The notes below the pieces were generated by a model. It was not told the origin of the DNA. It saw only the letters and a list, made by a program, of their open reading frames with translations, and ran no database searches. Positions 47,033 to 55,446 of a DNA stretch of 64,000 bases are shown here, in pieces. Source of the DNA: Candidatus Shapirobacteria bacterium (GTDB lineage: Bacteria; Patescibacteriota; Microgenomatia; UBA12405); NCBI GenBank assembly GCA_028704885.1, contig JAQWEN010000001.1, positions 286,679 to 350,678 on the forward strand. The letters run 5' to 3'. The position numbers and the translations under genes were made by a program. Within the stretch, counting starts at the first letter, position 1. The number at the start of each line of letters is the position of its first letter.

Positions 47033-47662
47033 ATGGCAACAATTCTGTATAAAAGACAAAAACAAATTTTAGACTACATAGAACAAAACATTGAGAAATA
47101 TGGTTATGCACCAACATTAACAGAAATTGCTCAACATTTAGGACTTTCGTCTTTAGCAACAGTACATGAGCATTTAGCAGTTTTGGAAAAGAAAGGATTA
47201 ATTAGAAGATATCGAGGGGCAGTTAGAGGAATTGAAATTTTAGATAGAATTAAAGATGAGGTTGAAAAAGCAGTCTCGTCTTTTATAGAGCTGCCAGTGT
47301 TGGGGTTTATTGCCTGTGGTGAGCCAATTGAACCGTATACTGACCCGAATGCAACGATTGGAGTGAATTCCAATCTAGTGCGTCCAGGAGATCAATCTTT
47401 TGTTTTACAGGCTAAGGGAGATTCGATGATCGATGATGGAATTTTGAGTGGAGATTATGTAGTAGTTAAAGAGCAAAAAAATGCTAACAATGGCGATATT
47501 GTGGTGGCAGTGTTAAAAAATGGATTTGCTACTTTAAAAAGATATTATCGAGAAGCCAGTCGAATTAGATTACAACCAGCCAATACAACTATGTCCCCTA
47601 TTTATGTGACTGATGTAGAAATCAGAGGTAAGGTCGTAGCAGTAATTAGACAATTTAATTAG
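47033..47662 (+). CDS. lexA: LexA repressor (S24 peptidase)
   Basis: N-terminal wHTH (LATVHEHLAVLEKKGLIRR), Ala-Gly cleavage-site region, and S24 catalytic Ser (KGDSM) and Lys (LKRY). ATG at 47033 is preferred over the track's TTG at 47027. Confidence 0.8.
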   Translation: MATILYKRQKQILDYIEQNIEKYGYAPTLTEIAQHLGLSSLATVHEHLAVLEKKGLIRRYRGAVRGIEILDRIKDEVEKAVSSFIELPVLGFIACGEPIEPYTDPNATIGVNSNLVRPGDQSFVLQAKGDSMIDDGILSGDYVVVKEQKNANNGDIVVAVLKNGFATLKRYYREASRIRLQPANTTMSPIYVTDVEIRGKVVAVIRQFN

Positions 47663-47676
47663 CGGTATAATAGGCA

Positions 47677-48315
47677 ATGCTTTATATTGTTGCAACACCA
47701 ATCGGAAATTTAGGAGATATTACTTTAAGAGCTTTGGAGACTTTGGAAAAAGTTAGTGTTTTGCTTTGTGAAGATACTCGAAATACTGGATTACTTTTAG
47801 CTAATTTGGGAATTAAAAATAAACCAAAATTAATTTCTTTTTATGATGAAGTAGAAGAACAAAAAATTCCTGAAGTTATCAAATTATTAGAAAATGGAAA
47901 TGAAGTGGCTTTAGTAACTGACGCGGGAACTCCAATTATTTCTGATCCCGGTTGGAAATTAATTAGAAAATGCCGAAATTTAGGAATTAAATATACTTCT
48001 ATCCCTGGTCCTTGTGCGGCTATCAATAGTTTAGTTTTATCAGGAATACCAGCAGGCAGATTTGTATTTTTGGGATTTTTACCTAAAAAAGACGGTGAAA
48101 GATTAAAAATATTAGAAAAATACAAAGAATTTGATGGGGCTAAAATTGTTTACGAATCCCCTTTTAGAATTAAAAAATTAGAAGAACAAGTTAAAAAAGT
48201 TTACGGCGATGATGTGCAGATAGCGATTACACGAGAGATGACTAAAAAATTTGAAGAAGTTTTACCAACTGTTAATAAAGAACCAAAAGGCGAAATAACA
48301 GTTATTTTTTATTAA
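47677..48315 (+). CDS. rsmI: 16S rRNA (cytidine1402-2'-O)-methyltransferase RsmI-like (tetrapyrrole methylase fold)
   Basis: MLYIVATPIGNLGDITLRALETL...LLCEDTRNT. 212 aa. Confidence 0.7.
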   Translation: MLYIVATPIGNLGDITLRALETLEKVSVLLCEDTRNTGLLLANLGIKNKPKLISFYDEVEEQKIPEVIKLLENGNEVALVTDAGTPIISDPGWKLIRKCRNLGIKYTSIPGPCAAINSLVLSGIPAGRFVFLGFLPKKDGERLKILEKYKEFDGAKIVYESPFRIKKLEEQVKKVYGDDVQIAITREMTKKFEEVLPTVNKEPKGEITVIFY

Positions 48316-50575
48316 CCTTTAGTTTTTCAGCCCAGGCGACGACATCACGGGTGGCATCGATAGCATCCGGACTAACGGAAATGCTAGTGACTCCCCATTT
48401 AACTAGTTTGGCTACTAAATCGGGATAATTACTTGGAGCTTGACCGCAAATTGAACAAAGAATACCTCGTTTTTTGGATTTAGTAATTAATCTTTTTAAA
48501 GACCAAAGAACAGCTGGATCCATTTCATTGAAACTTTTAGCAACTTCGCCATTATCTCGGTCTAGACCAAGGGTTAACATGGTTAAATCATTACTGCCGA
48601 TGGAAATACCATCAATACCAACATCAATAAATTTATCCAAAAGAATAACATTGCTGGGAATTTCGGCCATCATAAAAAATTTGAAAGATGGAGATCTTAT
48701 TAATCCAGCACTAACAACAATTTTTTTGACTTCAGATAATTCATGAGGAGTTCGGACAAAAGGAATCATTAACCAGAGATTTTTGTAACCATATTTATTG
48801 CGAACTTGTTTAATGGCTTCGAGCTCCATGTAAAAAACATCAGGAGAATTTATATAACGGGCAGCGCCACGAAAACCCATTAGAGGATTTGGTTCTTCCG
48901 GTTCGTATAATTTCCCCCATTTTAAAGAACGATATTCATTGGTTTTAAAATCAGTGGCTCGATAAACAACTGGACGAGGACTAAAACTTTTACAAAACTT
49001 AAGCATTTCTTTGGCAAGTTTATTAATATATTCTTTTTCGTTACCTTCGGCAATAACTCGTTTAGGATGAATGCCAATATTGGCTAACATAAATTCAGCT
49101 CGTAAAAGACCAACGCCATCAACATTTCTTTTAGAAATCATCTCGGCTAAATCTGGTTCGCCCAAATTGACATAAACTTTAGTAGCGGTTTTTGCAGTAG
49201 ATTCTTGCTTTTTAATGACAGGAGCGTTTTTATTTATTAAATCACCTTTCCAAATTTCACCAGTGGTGCCGTTTAAAGTGACGATATCCCCTTCTTTGAA
49301 CATTTTGGTAGCAATTTTAGTGCCGACAACACAAGGAACACCTAATTCTCGACTAACAATAGCGGCGTGAGAAGTTTGACCGCCTTTGTCGGTAATAATA
49401 CCGTTGACTTTTTTCATGGCGGGAACGAAATCGGGAGTGGTCATGGAAGTAACTAAAATTTGGCCTTTTTGAGCACGGTTAATTTCTTTTGGATTATTAA
49501 TAATGACAACAACGCCACTGGCAGTGCCAGGACTGGCCTGTTCACCGGTTAAATCTGGTTTTTGAGTTATCTTACTAGATTGGTTATCAAGAGTTTTTTG
49601 GTTGGAAACAACAGTGGTAATTGGACGAGTCTGAACAATATAAAGTTTTCCCCTATCGATGGCAAATTCAATATCTTGTGGTTTGCCGTAGTGGTTATGA
49701 AGTTTTTGACCAATTTTGGCAACTTTTATAGCCATAGCGGTATCTATTTTCTTTTTATTTTGTTTACTTTTGGGAACAATGACTTCATTGGTTTCATGAG
49801 TTTTGGATCGAATTAATTGAGTTTTTTGTTCAACATGGTTTTCAGAAATTATTTTCCAAGTATTTTTATCGATAATATGTTGGTCTGGAGTAACCACCCC
49901 TTGAACAATATATTCACCTAAACCCCAAATAGTTTCAACAATGACTTGATTTTTTTCATTAGTGACTGGATTGGCGGTAAAACAGATGCCAGAAATTTCA
50001 GAATCAACTAATTTTTGGATAGGAACAGCAACTCCAATTTTGAAATGGTCGTAATGTTTTTTTACTTGATAAAAAATAGATCGAGAAGTAAAAAGACTAG
50101 ACCAGCAATCTCGGACTCGGTGAAGAACATTGGTTTCACCAACGACATTTAAGAAAGTGTCACCTTGGCCAGCAAAAGAAGCATCACTGCTATCTTCGGC
50201 AGTGGCGGAAGTACGGACAGCGACGGCAACATCTTTGAGACCACCGAAATCGGAAAGTTTTTTATAAGCCTTCATAATATCAATGGAAAGTTCTTGACTA
50301 ATTGGAGATTTTTTAATGAGTTCTCTAATTCTTTTGGAAGCAGTTTCAAGCTGATCTGGCTGATCAACATCAGTAGTTTTCAAAATATTCTCAATTTTAG
50401 GTTTAAGATTATTATCTTTGACGAATTTGAAATAAGCACTAACAGTAACAACAAAGCCATTTGGAACTGGAATTCCTAAATTATACATTTCGCCTAAATT
50501 TGCGCCTTTACCACCAACTAAATTTATATCTTCAAATTTAATTTCGTTAAACCATAAAACATCTTGATTCTTCAT
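48302..50575 (-). CDS. ppsA: phosphoenolpyruvate synthase (pyruvate, water dikinase)
   Basis: N-terminal PPDK_N-like ATP-grasp (NLVGGKGANLGEM...GIPVPNGFVVT), phosphohistidine domain GGQTSHAAIVSRELGVPCVVG, and C-terminal PEP-utilising TIM barrel. Confidence 0.85.
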   Translation of the reverse strand: MKNQDVLWFNEIKFEDINLVGGKGANLGEMYNLGIPVPNGFVVTVSAYFKFVKDNNLKPKIENILKTTDVDQPDQLETASKRIRELIKKSPISQELSIDIMKAYKKLSDFGGLKDVAVAVRTSATAEDSSDASFAGQGDTFLNVVGETNVLHRVRDCWSSLFTSRSIFYQVKKHYDHFKIGVAVPIQKLVDSEISGICFTANPVTNEKNQVIVETIWGLGEYIVQGVVTPDQHIIDKNTWKIISENHVEQKTQLIRSKTHETNEVIVPKSKQNKKKIDTAMAIKVAKIGQKLHNHYGKPQDIEFAIDRGKLYIVQTRPITTVVSNQKTLDNQSSKITQKPDLTGEQASPGTASGVVVIINNPKEINRAQKGQILVTSMTTPDFVPAMKKVNGIITDKGGQTSHAAIVSRELGVPCVVGTKIATKMFKEGDIVTLNGTTGEIWKGDLINKNAPVIKKQESTAKTATKVYVNLGEPDLAEMISKRNVDGVGLLRAEFMLANIGIHPKRVIAEGNEKEYINKLAKEMLKFCKSFSPRPVVYRATDFKTNEYRSLKWGKLYEPEEPNPLMGFRGAARYINSPDVFYMELEAIKQVRNKYGYKNLWLMIPFVRTPHELSEVKKIVVSAGLIRSPSFKFFMMAEIPSNVILLDKFIDVGIDGISIGSNDLTMLTLGLDRDNGEVAKSFNEMDPAVLWSLKRLITKSKKRGILCSICGQAPSNYPDLVAKLVKWGVTSISVSPDAIDATRDVVAWAEKLKVNKK

Positions 50576-50653
50576 ATATAAAATAATACAGATTTTTAAG
50601 ATAAAAAGAAAGGACGGCTTTTATATTATGGGTTAGTATGTATATCAGATGTG

Positions 50654-50685
50654 TATTTAGCAGTCTTGTCTTTCGACTGCTAATA
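50654..50685. repeat. palindromic element TATTTAGCAGTC-N9-GACTGCTAATA (copy B)
   Basis: Second of two near-identical 12-bp-arm inverted repeats; compare 25091..25122. A GTATGTATAT motif is adjacent. Confidence 0.5.
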
Positions 50686-50803
50686 TAGTCTCTTTTTGAA
50701 ATATGGCCGTATTTTTGGGTAAAAATACAGAGTAGATAATGATATTAACAATAACAAAGTGTAACAAATGAAATCACAATATTATTATATATAATATAGG
50801 ATA

Positions 50804-51424
50804 TCATTTAGTAAGGTTAGTGAGGATTCTTTCCAAGGCCAATTCTTTGGGAATAGAAAGCTCACCAGTTTTATTTTTAAAATCTAATTCGATTAATTGA
50901 AGGTAAATCCTTTTGGTGGTTAAAGGATCAAACTTAGGATAAGAGGTTAATTGCTTGCGAAAATTACTTTTTAAAAAATAAAGGAAAAGATCATAGAGAC
51001 CTAAATCTAAAACTTGATGGTAAAGAGGGATAACTCGGGCAAGATTTTTGGGTTTAATGGCGTTAAGACAAGAAAATAGTTTGTTATCCAAAGGGAAGTT
51101 TTTAATCTGAGCATTTTTAAAGATTTTAATTTGAGTTGGAGTTAAGGTTTTATCTTGCCAAATTACAATGTCGACACTTTGACTTTGATTGATCAATTTA
51201 TTAATTTGATCGATAATGGATTTATTAGTGGCAAATAAATTGCTAATACTGAGGACTTTTTTGGTGTTGAAAAGAGATGATTCTTGAAGAAATAAATTAA
51301 TGCGGTCAATGTCAATATTTTTGGAATCTAGGCGAAAAATGTCAGCATCTTTAATTTGATCTAAAAAGTCACCAAAGGCTTTTCGGCTTTCAAGTTGATT
51401 GTCGCCATGGAAAATATAAATCAT
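50804..51424 (-). CDS. holA: DNA polymerase III delta subunit-like (minimal)
   Basis: The N-terminus MIYIFHGDNQLESRKAF resembles HolA starts. 206 aa, no NTP-binding motif. Confidence 0.35.
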   Translation of the reverse strand: MIYIFHGDNQLESRKAFGDFLDQIKDADIFRLDSKNIDIDRINLFLQESSLFNTKKVLSISNLFATNKSIIDQINKLINQSQSVDIVIWQDKTLTPTQIKIFKNAQIKNFPLDNKLFSCLNAIKPKNLARVIPLYHQVLDLGLYDLFLYFLKSNFRKQLTSYPKFDPLTTKRIYLQLIELDFKNKTGELSIPKELALERILTNLTK

Positions 51425-51527
51425 TATGATAGTTTATCCCGCCTTCGCTTAGATAGCTACGGCTGGGCAAGCAAGTTAAATGTGGAAAGTTTAGCTTTCT
51501 ATTGATAAAATACCTTTACTACAAAAT

Positions 51528-51600
51528 GGCTCCTTCGTCTAGCGGTTAGGACACCTGGTTTTCATCCAGGTAATCGTGGGTTCGATTCCCACAGGAGTCA
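51528..51600 (+). tRNA. tRNA-Glu (anticodon TTC)
   Basis: Acceptor GGCTCCT/AGGAGTC, anticodon stem-loop CCTGG-TTTTCAT-CCAGG. Confidence 0.8.
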
Positions 51601-51906
51601 CAAATTGATTTTATATTTACATCTGGATTGAAATTGTTTGTTTGAGATTAGTAAATAATCAATACATTCAATAACACCAAGGATAGTGGGTATTCCCGTC
51701 CAGCAAAAAAGTAAATAAAAAATACCTTTTCCTGTTTCTCCCATATAGAATTTATGAATTCCAAAAGTTCCTAAAAAGAAAGCTAATAATGCTGCTACTA
51801 ATTTATTTTTCTTTTCTGTATCAGAATCTGATATTTTAGTTTTAATTTCACTTCTATATCTTTCCTCTTCTTCGATTTCTATTTTCTTTTTTTCACTTAA
51901 AGACAT
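51598..51906 (-). CDS. TM2 domain-containing membrane protein
   Basis: TM2 signature GIHKFYMGETGKGIFYLLFCWTGIP. Start placed at MSLSEKKK, preceded by AAGAGG. Confidence 0.6.
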   Translation of the reverse strand: MSLSEKKKIEIEEEERYRSEIKTKISDSDTEKKNKLVAALLAFFLGTFGIHKFYMGETGKGIFYLLFCWTGIPTILGVIECIDYLLISNKQFQSRCKYKINL

Positions 51907-52014
51907 TAGTACCTCTTTTTTGTAAAAGTATAACTGTGTTAAATATATCATTAATTATTTTTAATAAAAATAAATTCGAAGGGTTTGGGGAATAGATACG
52001 ACTAAATTAGTATC

Positions 52015-52623
52015 GTGGAAAAGACTGAATGTTTGCCGATTCCAAATTTAGATACTCGAAATAGAATTCAATTTCATGAGAAAAAAATAAATTCTCTTTT
52101 AGAAATTACTAAATTTAATCCATTTTTAGGGCAAGAATCAATTGTAAGTATTATTGATATGGACGGAGTGTTGTGTGAATATGGAAGAAGAAATAATTTG
52201 GACGATAATTTTTCAAGATTTTTAGGTCTAAAAAAAATAATTGAAAGGTCAGATGAATTTGTGGTTTATTCAAGTAGGTTCGAAATTAATGAGGATAGTA
52301 TTTTATGGGAAAAATTAAAACCAATATTTGGACAAACAAGTATCGTTAGATGTCCATTTATGGTGGAAAGTTCAAAAAAAAGATTAGAAGATTTTACAAA
52401 AAAGGCCAATGAAAATTGTGATTTTAGATATCTGATGGGATTAAAAAAGATGAGGAGCTGTTTTAGAATGGATGATGATTTGCAGAATATAGTCGAAAAA
52501 ACTTTGAGACAGGACAAAAAATTAGTGATGGTTGGGAGTAGCATTTTTGATAGAAAAATTGTCAATAAAAATTTGAATTTAGAAAATGTGTATTATTTTA
52601 ATACAGGGCATATTTTGGTTTAG
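52015..52623 (+). CDS. HAD-superfamily hydrolase-like protein
   Basis: HAD motif I IIDMDGVL. 202 aa. Confidence 0.4.
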   Translation: MEKTECLPIPNLDTRNRIQFHEKKINSLLEITKFNPFLGQESIVSIIDMDGVLCEYGRRNNLDDNFSRFLGLKKIIERSDEFVVYSSRFEINEDSILWEKLKPIFGQTSIVRCPFMVESSKKRLEDFTKKANENCDFRYLMGLKKMRSCFRMDDDLQNIVEKTLRQDKKLVMVGSSIFDRKIVNKNLNLENVYYFNTGHILV

Positions 52624-52637
52624 TGTAAAATTGAGTC

Positions 52638-53303
52638 ATGGATGTGAAAATTGAAGAGAGCTGGAAAAAGGTATTACAAAAAGAATTTGATGAGGATTAT
52701 TTTGCCGAATTGGTTAAATTTGTGAAATCAGAATATGAGAAATCAACAGTTTATCCGCCAGCTAGGTTTATTTTTAATGCGTTTGAATTAACTCCTTTTG
52801 ATAAGGTGAAAGTGGTAATTTTAGGGCAGGATCCATATCATGGAGTAAATCAGGCCAATGGATTGGCTTTTTCGGTTAATGACGGAGTCCAAATGCCACC
52901 GTCTTTGGTGAATATTTATAAAGAAATTGAAAAAGATTTAGGACAAAAGACGGCTAATAAAAATGGGAATTTGGAAAATTGGGCAAAACAGGGAGTTTTG
53001 ATGTTAAATGCAACTTTAACCGTTCAAGCAGGAATAGCTGGTTCACATCAAAATAAAGGTTGGGAAAAATTTACTGACGCGGTGATAAAAATATTATCAG
53101 AACAAAAAGAAAACCTAGTTTTTATATTGTGGGGTAGTTATGCTCAAAAGAAGGGTAGTGTGATTGATGAATCAAAACATTTGGTAATTAAATCGGCGCA
53201 TCCTTCCCCTCTTTCGGCTTATAATGGCTTTTTTGGATCTAAACCATTTTCCCAGGCCAATACTTACTTAATTTTTAAAGATAAAGAGCCAATTAATTGG
53301 TGA
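52638..53303 (+). CDS. ung: uracil-DNA glycosylase (family 1)
   Basis: Water-activating motif VVILGQDPYHG and C-terminal HPSPLSA motif. Confidence 0.85.
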   Translation: MDVKIEESWKKVLQKEFDEDYFAELVKFVKSEYEKSTVYPPARFIFNAFELTPFDKVKVVILGQDPYHGVNQANGLAFSVNDGVQMPPSLVNIYKEIEKDLGQKTANKNGNLENWAKQGVLMLNATLTVQAGIAGSHQNKGWEKFTDAVIKILSEQKENLVFILWGSYAQKKGSVIDESKHLVIKSAHPSPLSAYNGFFGSKPFSQANTYLIFKDKEPINW

Positions 53304-54386
53304 TTAATATTCTTTGGCTTTTTCTTCTCCACTTAAGACTCGAATAGCACCATCGCGGAGAGCTTCTAATTCAAATTCACCAGGATAGACGGTTATACCG
53401 ATATTTAAAGCAGCAAGATCTTTTTTAATAGAGTCAACTACTAAAGGCCAACGAACGACACCGCCGGTTAATAAAATTTGATCAATTTGTTCTCCTTCAA
53501 AATCAGGAATTAAAGAACAAATATAACGAGAAAAACCAGCAAACATTTCATCGACAACATCTTTTTTTTCTTTATCTAAAGTTGGATATTTAATTTCTAA
53601 GTCTTTTAAATCTTTGGTTCCAAGGAGGGCAAAAAGACCACCGCCACCGAGAATTTTATAAAGAATTTCTTCTTTAGTGTATTTGTTTGAAAAACAAAGT
53701 TCAACTAATCCTTGAGCGGGAATTTGACCAGAACGTTCTGGGCTCATTGGGCCTTCACCGGCAAGAGCGTTGGTAACATTAATGGTTTTGCCTTTTTTAT
53801 GAGCACCAAAAGAAGCACCGCCGCCAATATGAGCGACAATAAGATTTAGATCTTCGTATTTTTTGCCAATTGAAGCGGCATATTCACGACAGACAGCCTT
53901 TTGATTTAAAGCGTGCCAGCCAGCATAACGTTTAACTTCGGGAATTCCGGTAATTTTATGTTTGGCTTCGATTTCGTCAGTGGTAACTGGATCGACGATA
54001 AAAGCTTTATTTTCAATTCCAAAATCTTTAGCAATTTTTTTGGCCAATGGAGCCCCTAAATTGGAAGCGTGATTGGCTAAAGGACGATTAGTTAAATCAT
54101 CAATCATTTTTTCATTTATTTGGTAAGTTCCGGAAACAACCGGAGGAATCATGCCACCTCGTCCGACGACAGCATCGAGTTGAGTTATATTTTTTTCTTT
54201 TAATATTTCTTCAATATCTTTGGCACGATGTTCAAATTGATCAAGAACATTGCCTGGTTTACTAAATTTTTCTTGAAAATCTAAGTCTTGAGCATGATCG
54301 ATTTTATGTTCGAAAACAAGATTTTTATTTTCGAAGACAGCTATTTTAGTAGTGGTTGAACCGGGATTAATTATGAGAATTTTCAT
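53304..54386 (-). CDS. buk: butyrate kinase-like (acetate/propionate kinase superfamily)
   Basis: MKILIINPGSTTTKIAVF N-terminus, ASKHA fold and an (A)HIGGG-like segment. About 360 aa, typical Buk length. Confidence 0.6.
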   Translation of the reverse strand: MKILIINPGSTTTKIAVFENKNLVFEHKIDHAQDLDFQEKFSKPGNVLDQFEHRAKDIEEILKEKNITQLDAVVGRGGMIPPVVSGTYQINEKMIDDLTNRPLANHASNLGAPLAKKIAKDFGIENKAFIVDPVTTDEIEAKHKITGIPEVKRYAGWHALNQKAVCREYAASIGKKYEDLNLIVAHIGGGASFGAHKKGKTINVTNALAGEGPMSPERSGQIPAQGLVELCFSNKYTKEEILYKILGGGGLFALLGTKDLKDLEIKYPTLDKEKKDVVDEMFAGFSRYICSLIPDFEGEQIDQILLTGGVVRWPLVVDSIKKDLAALNIGITVYPGEFELEALRDGAIRVLSGEEKAKEY

Positions 54387-54993
54387 ACTTGATGATTATA
54401 AAGCCAATTAAAATAAAAGATAGACTTAAAATTTGGCCGAGACTTAAAAAATAAATTGGAATAGTATCAAGACGAAGGAATTCTAAGAAGAATCGGATTA
54501 AACCATAATAGATTAGATAAATTCCAGTTTGATGAGATTTTGTTTTTTTAAGAATAAAAAACAAAAGAAACATTAAAATTGATTCGTAAAGCCAAATTGG
54601 CTGATTATTGATTCCATAAATTTCGTGATTAAAAAAATTACCAAAACGGCCTAAACTTTGACACAGAGGAATAATTGGAACGATTGTATTGGTGATTTTC
54701 AAAAAGGAAATTTTATTTATTTTAGAAAAAATAAAAATAAAGAGAAGACTAAAAATTAAAGCTCCAATAATTCCTAATCCTCCACCGCGAAGATTTAAAA
54801 TTTGGAGAGGATTTTTTAAAAAATAATCCCAATAATTGATGACAGAATAAAGACGAGCTCCGATTAAACCAGAAAATAAAAGTAAAAAGAGAAATAAATT
54901 TTCTTTGTTTTTAGAGATAACTTGATTATTTTTTTGGAAAAAAGTGATACCGATAACGAAACAGATTCCGAGGATTAAGCCGTAGATAGACAT
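54367..54993 (-). CDS. lgt: prolipoprotein diacylglyceryl transferase (short form)
   Basis: Lgt signature GRFGNFFNHEIYG (GRxGNFxNxExxG). Polytopic, 208 aa. Confidence 0.7.
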   Translation of the reverse strand: MSIYGLILGICFVIGITFFQKNNQVISKNKENLFLFLLLFSGLIGARLYSVINYWDYFLKNPLQILNLRGGGLGIIGALIFSLLFIFIFSKINKISFLKITNTIVPIIPLCQSLGRFGNFFNHEIYGINNQPIWLYESILMFLLFFILKKTKSHQTGIYLIYYGLIRFFLEFLRLDTIPIYFLSLGQILSLSFILIGFIIIKYENSHN

Positions 54994-55070
54994 TGGTGGG
55001 TCCTGCGGGATTCGAACCCGCGACCAATTGCTTAAAAGGCAACTGCTCTACCGGACTGAGCTAAAGACCC
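54994..55070 (-). tRNA. tRNA-Lys (anticodon TTT), CCA encoded
   Basis: Minus-strand cloverleaf: acceptor GGGTCTT/AGGACCC, anticodon loop CTTTTAA, 3' ACCA. Confidence 0.8.
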
Positions 55071-55075
55071 TTTTA

Positions 55076-55387
55076 TTAAATACTTCTGGCTTTGGGATCG
55101 CGTAGATAATACAATTTAGCGCGTCGAATTTTAGTCTTAGGTGATCTTAATTTTTTAATACTCTCAATCCAGGGAGAATTGACAGGAAAAATCCTTTCAA
55201 CCTTAACAGCGTCAGAAGCTGATTTTTGAACGATGAAATTTTTGTTTTCACCAGTTCCGGTGACGGCCAAAATAATACCGTCGAAAGCTTGTAATCTTTC
55301 TTTATCTTTTTCTTTAATTTTATAGTTGACCTTGATTGAGTCGCCAACAAAAAAATCTTGTTCTTTGTATGTAATTTTTAGGGACAT
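55076..55387 (-). CDS. rplS: 50S ribosomal protein L19
   Basis: 103 aa. RLQAFDGIILA...RIFPVNSPWIESI are typical L19 segments. Confidence 0.85.
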   Translation of the reverse strand: MSLKITYKEQDFFVGDSIKVNYKIKEKDKERLQAFDGIILAVTGTGENKNFIVQKSASDAVKVERIFPVNSPWIESIKKLRSPKTKIRRAKLYYLRDPKARSI

Positions 55388-55446
55388 ATTGGTGTTAAAT
55401 TTATGCTTTGAAATTATATCAAAGTAAACTTGGCTAGTCTAGCAAG

